Origin: Phallusia mammillata
Taxonomy: Eukaryota
Assembly: GCA_965637545.1 (NCBI GenBank)
Contig: OZ281499.1
Coordinates: forward strand, 10,788,001-10,852,000
DNA length: 64,000 nucleotides
Direction: 5' to 3'
The translations under genes and the position numbers were made by a program. The first letter of the stretch is position 1, and each line of letters begins with the position of its first letter. The notes beneath the pieces were generated by a model, which saw only the letters and a program-made list of their open reading frames with translations, was not told the origin of the DNA and did no database searches. Shown here piece by piece: positions 39,380 through 51,500 of this stretch.

Positions 39380-40440
39380 ACATTGCCGAAATATTAAAAT
39401 TGGGTGTCGAAAAAGTCCAAGAACATATAGCTGCTTGTTTCGTACAGGGTACTTTGAAAATGTATATGTAAGGATTAAGACTTTATTCGTTTTGCGAAAA
39501 TTCGTAAATATTACATGCACTATGACTAAATAATGATCCACATTTCTGTTCACGGATCCCAAAATTGTCAAGCAAACAGACAAATAGTTAACAAGGGTGA
39601 TGAGAAACTTTCACTAAAATTACAAGAGAAGTACGTTAATGAAAAATTTATTGTTTTGGTTGGCGAATCCTTTAATTCACTGTCCTTCGAACTGGTCTTC
39701 ATTGAGCAATTATTGCTGGTGTGATAATATACGCTACATCAAGTCGAATACTTGGTGCAGGCATAACAATACAAATTAATAAAGTCAGTTTTTATCACCT
39801 TCGTTGACTGAGTAAATACTGTTCACGCATGCTGGCGTATCGTAAATCAACACGAACACAGGCAGTAAAATGATATTACATTTTTGAAAACTGCTCTCCT
39901 GGCATAAAATCGCGATGTAAAATGAGTTTGCTCTGACATTCTAACCCAAAGAAGAGAAACCAGCGAGACTATCAGTCCATAGCGAGGGTTGCAACAAACT
40001 CTGAAAATGTTTTGTGATAACATTATGTTGTAGACATCTGTAGTCAGATGTGTCATCATTTTGAATGTTACGGAATGGTTTGGAAGCGCAAGTTTGGTGG
40101 ACAGAAATATATCTGTGATTATATGGCAGCCTTACGAATTTCGAATTGCAGATATTAGATTGACTTTTGCTTGCTTTTATGTCAATCGTTTGAATAGATA
40201 TTTGTTCTACAATGCAATTTCGGAAATGCGTCAAAATGCTTTTCCTAATAATACTGTATGACAGCAGTTTCGACCTATTAGGGTCCATCAGTGCAGCTAG
40301 TGACGAGAGATAGGCCAATTGGCTAGTGTAGCCAGCCAACGGCACTCCAGTTTGTTAGGAGTCACAGTCCAATACGGCATATCTCTCGTCACCATGTGCT
40401 GATGAGACTATATATGTCGAAAAATGGTATGCACTGTCTG
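39380..40440 (-). mobile_element. Highly decayed Penelope-like element with degenerate hammerhead motifs
   Basis: Broken-frame peptides KFVRLPY, KNVISFYCLCSC and KYPVRNKQL occur in the order expected for a PLE thumb, GIY-YIG start and C-terminus. CUGAUG..GAAA motifs lie at 40254-40430. Confidence 0.4.
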
Positions 40441-43400
40441 TAGCTAATCATTTATGGTCTTGATGATTTTACATTATTACTGTATTCTTAAAAAGAAACT
40501 GGGTGTTTAAAGGCGTACATTGGCGATGGCACGTATGGGCAACAGCCTACATAAAGCACAGCATTTTTAATATACTATACAGATGGCTTAAACAAGAATG
40601 TCATAGGGTTGTTGGGCATTACAAGTCCATAAATTAGATACTTAACTAGGTAATTTGATCTTATTGCAGAGGCACTGTGTGGAGCAGAAGCCCGATTTCA
40701 GGCCATTTACAACTATGCTTAAATTGTAAAGTCATATCCGATTCAAGTCCGTTTTTTAAGAAAGCCTTTGGTACAAAAAAAACTTGGACCCAAAACCCGG
40801 CCCAAACCCAGTCCGACTTACTCTGTGTTGCACTATACGCTCGTTCATTCGACAAACTCGCGTGAGCAAGAAAATAATACTTCCAAACTGATACGCTAGA
40901 AGCGCTTTTATGCAAATTTATCATTTCATGGCACAATCCGGAAACAAGACAAGAGATATTGAATATACTTCAAACGACGAGATAGCGGAAAGTTTCAGCA
41001 CGCCCACGTACTGTGCCCATGTTTTTTGCATGTAAATCTCAGTTGTGAAAAAGGGTGGTTTGCTGTGAACAATTTGCTTCCAGAGTGTTACGGAACAAAA
41101 AAGCATGATTTTAGGACCAACATTTCCGCTGTTTCCATGCGTTATCCATTATTTCAAGTCTAAGAAAAGATAGCTGCGAGTTGTGCTTTGTTTAAGCTAA
41201 CAGGTCGTCATTTATTTATGCTTTCAGTATTTACCCAAAACTGTCTTTGAAGAATCTTGTCAGTTGCCTTCTGTTCAAAACAATGGTTTTGCACCTAAAT
41301 TGCGAAGGTTTTTTAGTGTACAAAACTTTGAGTAAAGCATGTCAACTATAGAGCTTGTACATGAGGCAGTAAACTGAAGTATTATTATTGTTTGTATATT
41401 CTGATTTTAACAGCAACGCTTGTAGATTTGTAGGTTTATTGATCTATTCCAGCGAAAAACATGGGAAAAGATGTAGTGCACATTGATTGGCAGGCTGATG
41501 TGCTAGTGTTCTACGTAAACGGGAAAAAGGTGTGTAAAAAGTATACCTCTCCCTACAAAACATGTGCCAGTCTTACTACCTACCCTGCAACACAATCTAC
41601 TCTAGAATACACAAAGAAAGTGCATGTCAATTTTTTAGCAATACTGTCGAGACACGAGTGACGATGGCAATTTTTCTGTAAATGCCGCAAAATAAGACAT
41701 AACGTAAAAATATGACAGTGCATTACAAATCCACTAATTTTTTTCTAAGTTAATTTCTCATGCAAAAAAATAGTAATAGTCTAAACTCTAAATTAATAAT
41801 CTTTTTTGCCAAATACATCTTGTGTTTAAGCGTCATAAAGTAGGTAAACAAAATTTACGGCGAAATCTAGGACTATTGCTTTGGATTATCCTTTGCTACA
41901 AAGAGAAACCATTAAAAAGACAGCTTTAATGTACATGTATTGGCGTCTGTTACACAATAAGGTATATTAAACAGTGAACATAAAATAATCGGAGTGTTTA
42001 ATTGCAATTTAAAGATCGTTGAGGAGTCACCTGATCCGGAAACGACTCTACTGACGTATCTGCGAGTTAAGTGTAAGTTTCTGTTGGAATTTGGCACTTG
42101 AGTGACCGAAATTATATGTTTACAAAGTATTCGTCCAATTCTCTTCGGAGGCGCGCAACGTTCAGGTGTCGCAAAATGCACTAACTAATGATGAAAAAAA
42201 AGTTGTTATACGGCATAAATACTTTGGAACACTATATACGGATCTGTTCATAAGTTTAATGGTGAAAATAACGGCCCAAATAGACGTAAAAAGCGACATG
42301 CTTTATTGTTCAAACGTTTCGGCAAATGCTCATGCCATCATCAGTGATATGAAGGCCACATCAGTTACACCCGTTTATAAACACGGCATAAATACTTTTA
42401 TAAACATAAAATGAAAACAAATTTATGACAAAACATTTCGGAACTTTTCAAACTTTCAAATCAAACATTGTGGCTGCAACTAACTAATGTGCAAAAACGT
42501 ACTTAGTGCGTCTTACAGGATCCAAGTTGGGATGTGGGGAAGGAGGATGTGGAGCTTGCACTGTTATGATCTCAAAGTGGGATTACATCAACAGCAAAAT
42601 CATGTTAGTTTGACTGTGTATTATGCAATTGAAACATTCTTAACAAATTGCTTTTTGTGCAGCCATTACTCGGCAAACGCGTGTTTAGCTCCAGTGGTTT
42701 CAGTGCATGAATGTGCTGTTACTACAGTAGAGGGAATCGGCAGCACCAAGACCAAGTTACATGCAGTGCAGGTTATACCCAAACTGTGTCATATTTTGAA
42801 GTGCGATACATCTCCTGTTGTTAAATAAATCTGTAATTTAATGTCAGGAACGTCTAGCCAAATTTCATGGATCTCAATGTGGTTTCTGCACGCCCGGAAT
42901 TGTGATGTCAATGTACGCATTGTTGCGTAACAAATCAGTGCCGAATGCAGAAAATATTGAAGGATGTTTGCAAGGAAATCTATGTCGATGCACAGGATAC
43001 AGACCTATATTAAGTGGTATGTCAAGTGATAGGATAACATAGTCAATGTTAGGTTTTACAACCACTAAGAAGCTTTATTGAACATATAACGTCCCCGACG
43101 GCGCGGAACGTCAAAATAAAAACGCGCTTTCTAAAGGTAAATATAGGTGTTTTATACATCTTTAGAGAGAACAGACCAGTGGCGGCTCGTGACTAAAATT
43201 TGTGGGGGTGCTGCCCCCACAAATTTTAGCCTTTACTGAACATACATAAGTTTTAGTAATACAAATCTTAATTAGCAACTCAGTTGTGACGTAATTTTTG
43301 TTACGCATTAATGTACACGAGTGTAAACAGCAGACGGCATCATTTGTGTATTTTGTTTACTTGCACAGCGACGGGCCAAACACAATAACGTTCAGTAATA

Positions 43401-43744
43401 ATGTGAAAAACAAAAACACACGTGGCACAGACTCGAAACGAAGCGGTTGTAAATACGGTAAAACACAACAGGAATATGGAAAAAAAAAATAATAGAAAAA
43501 ATAGATATAAATGAGTTTTTCAGTTCAACAACAAAAATTTTCATGTTTCATTTAAGTAAATTTAGTCACAGTCAGCGTTTTTAACATATTCTATGACACT
43601 TCACAGATTATTGTCACACACAAAAACTAGCCATACAGCTTTTTTATTGGTATCATAACTAACAAATTTAGCAACCACATTACATTGGAACACTATGCAC
43701 GGACTTGAAAAGTAGTTTAATCATAAACATTACTGCCAAGGTAG

Positions 43745-45498
43745 TGGTGTATATAGAATACATCGTGTAGACGTTTCGACAATCTCTGTTGTCATCATCA
43801 GTACATGTTTTCAATCAAGCTGTAGAACACGGTATATAAAGCACTAAGGAAAAAAAAGGAAAAGCCAGATGTGTGAAGTGACGTCCCAGACGATAACAGG
43901 GAACGACGTTTAGAACGGTGGCGTAGACGAAAAGATAAGAACCGGAGATATGGGTCAGGTGTTGAACAGACGCAAGGGCATGGAAACTGTGTCGATGTTG
44001 AGCTCGGGTTCATGCCTTTGAATAAAAAGCGATTCGAGAAACAACAGTCTCACGCGGTCTTGGTTTGCGTCCAAAATCTCCGGCTCGGCAAAATTAACTT
44101 TATGTGTCGGATTCGATAAAATGTGCCGGCACACTTCTGATTTTTGGTCCATGCGATGTTCTTTAATTCTTACAGCGAGATTTCGCCGCGTTTCCCCAAT
44201 ATATGAAGCGCCACAGTTGCAAACCAACCGGTAAACAACGTTAGTTCTTTTGATGTGCTCCTGGCGCTCTTTTATAGGAAAATGCCGTGAAAGTTTGTTC
44301 GTTTCATGGACAAGACGTAAGCGGATGTTGGCCCCGGTTCGATGAACAAAATGCCCCAATTCACGCGCAATGTTGTAAGATACTGGGCCGAGAAATGGAA
44401 GTCTTGCAACCACGTATCTCTCCTCGTTTGAATCGTTGTTTAATACCTTCGATTGGTGTCTTTTGTTCAGAAACCCTTTGATACACCCGTCCACAAAGTT
44501 GTGGGGATAACCATTCGCTCCAAGCATTTTCTTGACCTTCTTAAATTCTTCATGCATTATTATGTATGAATTAGCGATTCCGTACGCCCTGTTGAGAAGA
44601 CACAGTACTAAATTCCGCTTATAACGAGCAGGTACGAAGCTTTCCCATTTGGTGTAAAGACCAGTGTTGATCGGCTTCCGGTAGGTACAGGTATTAGTTC
44701 CTACACTTGTTTTTTCCACCATGACGTCGAGAAAGTGAATGGTGCCGCTTTGCTCTTCTTCTTTGCTGAAGGTGATGTTGGGATGTACCGAGTTTATGTT
44801 TTTATAAAACCCATGAAGAGCAGTTTTGGAAGGAAAAACCAAGAAAAGGTCATCCACGTAACGACACAGAATCTCAGGTTTGTTTTTAGTCGTGGTGGAT
44901 TTTAAAGCGGTGTCGACAACGTAGTTCATAAAAACGTCAGCTAGCAGAGGTGCAATAGGTGATCCCATTGCAATGTCGTCGATCTGCTTATAGTACTGTC
45001 CGTTAAATTGAAAGGTGGTAGTTGTAGCGGCCCAATGCAACAGTTTTTTCATACGTCTCTTGTTTAACCCGTTAAATGTAGTGTCACTTTGCTGAAATAT
45101 GGAATTGAGCACGAGGGAAATGGTAAATTCCACAGGTATGTTGGTGAAAAGGTCCCGAACATCAAAGGTTGCCAATATTTTGTCGTGAATTGACTTGCCT
45201 TTAAGTAAGGTGGTAAAGGCGAAGGTGTCCTTGATATTGGTGTAGTGTTCCCTCAGTTCGGACAAGGACGATGATAGCCACATCCGTTACCTAAAGAAGG
45301 CAGAGCCATTAAGCGACGAAGACTATTTGCGTATCCATCCTACTAGCGCCACCACACCGACCCTGTATGGTCTTCCCAAGATCCACAAGCCGTCCACTCC
45401 CCTCAGACCGATTTTATCGTCATGTGGAAGCTTTAATCATGCCTGCGCAACCTGGCTATCATCGTCCTTGTCCGAACTGCGGGAACATTACACCAATA
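43745..45498 (-). mobile_element. 5'-truncated and 5'-inverted Penelope-like retroelement (RT plus GIY-YIG)
   Basis: Minus ORF 43955-45280 has TFDVRDLFTNIP, GIAMGSP-like DIAMGSPIAP, RYVDD, FLDV, NVVYRLVCNCGASYIGET and PELN. Plus-strand 45281-45498 encodes the preceding LYGLPKIHK...PLRPI segment. A hammerhead lies in the 3' UTR. The left end is approximate and I saw no TSD. Confidence 0.92.
43760..43808 (-). ncRNA. Minimal type I hammerhead ribozyme in the Penelope 3' end
   Basis: ACAUGUA-CUGAUGA-U-GACAA(CAGAGA)UUGUC-GAAA-CG-UC-UACACGAUGU. Full core, 5-bp stem II, palindromic stem III ACGU, GUC triplet. Predicted cleavage is 3' of position 43770 on the minus strand. Confidence 0.88.
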
Positions 45499-47015
45499 TA
45501 CTAAATAGTTTTTCTATTTAGTACTAGCACTGCAAGTGCAAGTCTTTTGGAAATATTGGTGTTCCTCAGAAAAATTGGCATCTTTTTCAGTGTTAAAAAG
45601 AACTGTTTTGCCTTTGAAGGAATCATGGAAACAGCAAAAAGGATTTTTCATCCTAGTAATTTAACTTGTCAAAACATCATCTCTAGATTAATTATTTTCA
45701 AGGTAATCATGAACATCAGCAGAAACATTTTCATTTCAGTAACTAGCTTTTCTTTGTCAACAATAGGATATGCTTGGTGGCCACTACTATCTTGTCTGTA
45801 AAATGTTCATTCTTAAGAAACACTTCCTGTGAAGCAATTTAGCAGCTACTTTAAATTGTCTTCACTCTTTTTTTTGTCTTCATTTCAAACTTCCTGTTGC
45901 TTCTGCAGTTGTTTGTTCTGCATTTGATATTGCCTGAATTTCAGTGAGGCATTTAACTTCACAGTCACAAATTTAATTTTTTTGGTAGCATTAAGAACTA
46001 AAACTGAGTATTTCTTGTTGTTGCTTATTCCTGCATGACATTGGAGTAGCAGATGTTTTGTCCCATACTTTCATAAAACTTTTTAATTCAGTTATTTATT
46101 ATAAAGGTTAGTTGTGACTTTTAATGGTGTTAGATGACCTTTTTCCTTTTTCAAAGTGTTAGATACACTTATTTAATTTAATGATAACTGTAAAAACTGA
46201 AACCCACTTACAGTCATCTTAAAAAGTCACGACTAACAGTCAAACAATAAATTTAATGATAGCAAAATAATTATTTAACTGCTCACTGTCGAACTTAAAA
46301 ACACAGTACACGGGTTTGGCTTTGGAGTTCACTGACGCGAAGCAGACAACACAACTATAGCGCTACGTCACGGGAGGGGCTGCGCGAGCCACAGCCCCCT
46401 CTCGCCTATTTCGCCCGGCATGTAGCTTTTCCAAGTGCGCATGCGCACAGCTGAAAACGTCATGAAACGTCACGAAACTGGAGCTGCAGCTCAGCCATAG
46501 ATAACTTATTATTATTATTTTTTAAATTTCTTTTAAATAATACAAAATTTTTATTAATTTTATTTTAATAAAATGCCGATTAATGCCATAAAAGTTATTC
46601 TTAGTATACACTGATCAAACATAAAAACTATATGTAAAGATTGTTTTGTATAACAACTTGGAATAGGAATGTCAAGTAAAAATACTGGGGGTGCTGCAGC
46701 TCCGCAGCCCCCTCGCACGAGCCGCCCCTGGAACAGACTCAATGTGGAACAATAGGGGACGATTGCTACATAAAGGCATTGCGTTACATACTCCGCTTTA
46801 AATAAAGAAATGAAACGCAAATCTTAGCAACTGTTGTGGTAACCGAAAGAAATAAACAACACGGGGTACGCGACTCGCAGTAATTCATGTCAAACACCTA
46901 AACAGACAATGAAGTATGTGTTATTTTGACATCACACACGGTCCTTATCAAAGATATGTAGGGCGACAGCAGAAGTATAGAATTAAGTCACGTTTCACGT
47001 GAGGATACTAGAGAC

Positions 47016-47232
47016 CAGGGGTTCTTAACCTGGGGTGCACGCACCCCCAGTGGGTGCGAGAACTGTTCCTAGGGGGTGTGGGGATGCTGAATCATTAAGG
47101 TTGGTTAGGTCTATTCTATTTAAGCAATTACAGAAGGGGGAGCGAAAATTGGTTAGTGATTTGCAAGGGGGTGCGAAAATTGGTTGGTGATTTGAAAGGG
47201 GTGCAGCAAGGAAAAAAGGTTAAGAACCACTG
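47016..47232. mobile_element. hAT MITE
   Basis: TIRs CAGGGGTTCTTAACC / GGTTAAGAACCACTG (14/15); TSD CTAGAGAC / CTGTAGAC. Confidence 0.8.
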
Positions 47233-47289
47233 CTGTAGACTAAGTAGAGGAACACTGCCTGAACAAAAGGCAACTTCAGCACTTAAATG

Positions 47290-47589
47290 CAGGAAGTCGA
47301 ACCGGAACTGAACCCGAAGCCCCGAACCGTTTGAGCTGTTAATTTCATTAAACCCGAACCGCTAATCACGATTTTCTAAAAATCTGAACCGGAACTGAAT
47401 CAGTAAAAAATGCAGTCTGTTTTATATTTTGTGATGTTTTTCAAAACAGCGCACTGAAAAATACGCGAGATAACACTTATAGGGCGTGTCAAAAATAACA
47501 AAATACATTTTGAAAATAGACATTTTTAAAAAGCCTAAACCGAACCCGAACCCAACCTGAACCCATATGACAAGCGGTTCGATTCCCTG
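47290..47589. mobile_element. hAT MITE with AACCGGAACTGAA/AACCCGAACC subterminal repeats
   Basis: TIRs CAGGAAGTCGAACC / GGTTCGATTCCCTG (12/14); TSD CTTAAATG / CTTAAGTG. Confidence 0.7.
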
Positions 47590-47981
47590 CTTAAGTGCAC
47601 AGGACAAAAAACTATTAAGCAGAATGACATACATGGGTCATGGCAGTTAAATTTGCACCAATTATTTCACCCTTTCAGTAATTGTAAACACAACAAACGT
47701 TTACACTATAAAACAATTGGATTTGTGGCTTTCCACAATGCAACCGACAAAGCACCTTGCACCAGGGAAGTCAGCATAGAAAAGAACAAAACCACGTTGC
47801 GTTATCTTGTTATCGGGGAAAACTGGCAGTTAATTGTTACGTCACACAATGCAATAGATTGCATCTCAAGTGTTAGTAAGAAAAAGCGGGAATCAATAGA
47901 AATCAGGTAATACTGGAAAAAAGTCGTAACTGAATGGTGAAAACCTAGAATGTCTTGAAAGTCGTTGACTCAAATTCTAGA

Positions 47982-48514
47982 TCAGTGGTTCCCAAACTTT
48001 ATCTACTCGCGTACCATTTTTTTGGTTCATGCAGCGTTCTCGTACCACCTACAATCATGTTAGAATTTAATGAATAAAAATGTTACTAAACTTTACTAAC
48101 TAACTTTACCTTAGTAACTTTGGCCTTCAGTAACCAAAGGCTCGTAAATATTAAACAAAACTTAGTCAAACTTTTACCGCCCTCGCTACAGTGCTACTGT
48201 CAACACAACTAGTAGCTTATTACAAAAACTGACTTTAAGGACTTATTACGTCGTAATAACAGATTCATTACGTCATAATAAATCTATTTCGTCACAAAGA
48301 AACCTTGCTTAACAGTTCAATGCGGCAATACACCAATGAATTAGAATTTAGTAGGAAATATAGTGTGAAATTTCACGCTCTACGTAATTTGTGTGAATTA
48401 AAACTTGTGTGAAATAAAGATCGCTTTGTGTGAACTTAATAAGTTGCTCGCGTACCACCTTGGAGACCTTCGCGTACCACTAGTGGTACGCGTACCATAG
48501 TTTGGGAACCACTG
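47982..48514. mobile_element. hAT (Buster/Charlie) MITE
   Basis: Perfect 16-bp TIRs CAGTGGTTCCCAAACT; perfect TSD TTCTAGAT; repeated CGCGTACC subterminal motifs. Confidence 0.92.
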
Positions 48515-51500
48515 TTCTAGATCAATCGTTTTTCTTTATCTGTTTTAATGGATAACTGGATACTGTGTTCAAATTAAGGGACAGTAACAAACTAATTGCT
48601 TTGTTTTAGCTTTTAATACGTTCACCGATGCAACAGCTGGTTGTCCCATGGGAGCAGAATGCTGCAAAAACAAACAAATTATAAACGGTACGGGTTTTTG
48701 ACATAGCTTGTTTGCTTAGTGCAACATTGCCGGCTTGTTTGTGAAAAGGTTCTTCGGAAATTTCAAACGAAAATTCATTGGGCAACGATGATCCTCATTC
48801 CTCCAAATCTGTTTTCTTCAGCAAGTATGACCCAACACAGGAAATCCTGTTTCCACCAGATCTATTGGCAAGTAGAAACATTTCAGCCAAATGCAACATA
48901 GAAACAACACTTTAACACTTTCAGCACTTTTTTTATGATTGAAAATCAAGTTCGATATATCCCCGCATTCTATTTTATCCGTGTCAATCGTTGTTGCAAT
49001 CTTGGTTTTGTCTGTTTTCTTTACAAACTGCCTTTTACTGTTTTTCTTTAGTTGGAGTCGAAATCCAAAAAAAACAAAACACTAAAATTCGTTGGAGAAC
49101 GCGTCACGTGGTTTCGACCTACGTCACTTCAACAGTTGGTCGAGTTGAAATCCATTTATCCTGATGCTCAGTTGGTCAATGGAAACACTGAAATCGGGGT
49201 GGAAGCAAATGTTCGAGGGCGATATTTCAAATATATTATAACCCCCCTTGACGTGAAAGAGTTAAAACAATATCTGTAGACGACAAAGGTAAATTCTTAT
49301 TCCTAACTTCTCTGTCAGGTATAAATAAAAACTCGGTGCAAAATATTTGCTGTTTTTTAAAACGTGTTTTTCGTGTTTTACAGTTTTTCTCAGAAGTAAA
49401 TTATTACAGCCATAAAAAAACACAAAATTATTCGCATATTTTAAATAGGAGTAAACATTGGGTCATCATGTACGATCAGTCAAATTAAGGAGGAACTTCA
49501 GAATTTTGTTAATTCCGGAAATTTTCCTAAGTATCAAACACAATGTCTGGAATCCCTGGTTGAAATGATTTATTGGTTTGCTGGTGATCAAATACGAAAT
49601 GTTGCGGTAAGGCAAACATATCTTTTACAATTTACACAAAATAATAAAAGAAAAATACAACCGGCAATATAAAGTTGTGTAAAATTAAGCATTTTCGCAC
49701 AACGTACTATAAAAGACTATTACGAAAACTTGAATAAAAGTAAAAAGTGAAAATTAAATCAAGCTTTAACATATTTTTATTCTATCTTTTATTGCAGGCG
49801 ATTGGAGGCAACATAATGACAGCAAGTCCCATCTCTGATCTCAATCCAATCCTGATGGCAAACGAAAGTTTGGCTTCATTCAGATTACATTCTCGTGCTA
49901 AAGATCGACAGGTTTTGATGGATCAAAGTTTCTTCCCCAAATACAGGACGACATGTGCAGAGAAGGGCGAAGTTCTCATTTGTGTTTATCTTCCATTTAA
50001 TACAAAGGTACAACAAGAATTCGTGAATGTTTTAAAATTTGTGACTTATAATTGCAATATTTCCAACTAGGACGAGTACATGAAAGCTTACAAGCAATCC
50101 AAACGTCGAGAAGACGATATTGCAATCGTAAACGCAGCAATGCGTGTCGTGTTTCATCCTGGAACTTGCAAAGTGTTCAAATTTGTAGCCGCATTTGGTG
50201 GAATGGCTGCTACTTCAGTTATGCCAGAAAAGACAATGCAAAATATGATTGGAAGGTGTGTGATTTTATTTTTGTGACAACATTGGTCTTTCCATATTTG
50301 GCTTTGTACAGAGATTGGAACGAAGCTTTGTTGGATGATGTTCAGATTTGGTTGCGAGAAGATCTTCCGTTGGCTCTGGATGCTCCCGGAGGAATGGTGG
50401 AATACAGAGAAGCTCTTGCAGCAAGCTTCTTTTTCAAATTCTTTCTAAATGTTAAGAAATGTCTCGTTGAAAGGGGCATGAAGTCTGTAAGTAATTATGA
50501 ACAAGTTGTTGTTGTTTATTGATATTTTTAGGTTGAGAATACAAGTTATAAAGTTACTTATGAATTACTTGGTGATAACCCTAGGTTGAAGATTGTTTGC
50601 AGCCTCATGATATCACAGCATTCCAGCCACCAAATACAATTCATGTTCCAATGAGTACAAGGACTTGGCAAGATGTATGTAAACTTAATATTATAGCAGA
50701 CCCGAAACAGCACATGTTTTATTCAAATTAACTTATATGGTTAAAGCCTAAATTAACTCTAAAGCCAATGTAGCAATACCATGACTGTCAATTTTATTAC
50801 TTTATTTGAGTTGTGCTTCCGTTCTTTTAAAATAGCTGAAAATATTATAATATGAGAGCTGTAAATCGGCGGAAGTGAAAGTTACAACTGCTATTTAGTA
50901 CAGTTACTTGTATTTTAGGCCACCAATGGTCAACCGCACGATGACATGGTTGGTCGACCAATCCAACATGTGTCTGGCTACAAACACACAACTGGTGAAG
51001 CTGTATATGTTGACGACATGCCAACATTCTCAGGTAGACCCCAATTTTTACTCGTAGCATGGCTTCTTTTGGCTTTCAACTACTAGCATCTTTCCCATGG
51101 TTCCATTGTGCTTTCATTTTTTTGTATTTAACTTCACACTGTTCACATGCAGATGAGTTGTACTTGTGCTTGGTTACAAGTACCCGGCCACATGCTTACA
51201 TCAAAAACGTCGACATCAGCAAAGCGATGGCGTACAAAGGGGTTGTGACATATGTAGACCATCGTGACGTACCTGGTAGCAACGAAGTCATGGTTGTTGG
51301 TGATACTTGCGAGGTGTTTGCGACCACAAAGGTAAAATTGGCATAACATACCGCCAAATAATCTAAAAAATATAAATTAAACTAGTGTTTCCAAAAATGT
51401 TTTCCATCACTTCGGATTTTATGTCAGAAGTAGTCAATATATTACGAATTCAATGAATTTCCTGTGTTGGGCGTATGAAGAATTATATGACAAAATTTTT

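Larger units (their letters stand above)
43177..46730 (-). mobile_element. Decayed hAT transposon hosting a nested Penelope-like element (XDH-C intron 5)
   Basis: TIRs CAGTGGCGGCTCGTG / CACGAGCCGCCCCTG (14/15); perfect TSD GAACAGAC. The minus-strand remnant TLKKMPIFLRNT near 45560-45600 resembles the hAT C-terminal dimerisation motif. Confidence 0.85.

Noticed and set aside
46435-46448. Perfect NRF1-type palindrome GTGCGCATGCGCAC
   Set aside because: It lies inside the hAT subterminal region, with no evidence of host regulatory use.
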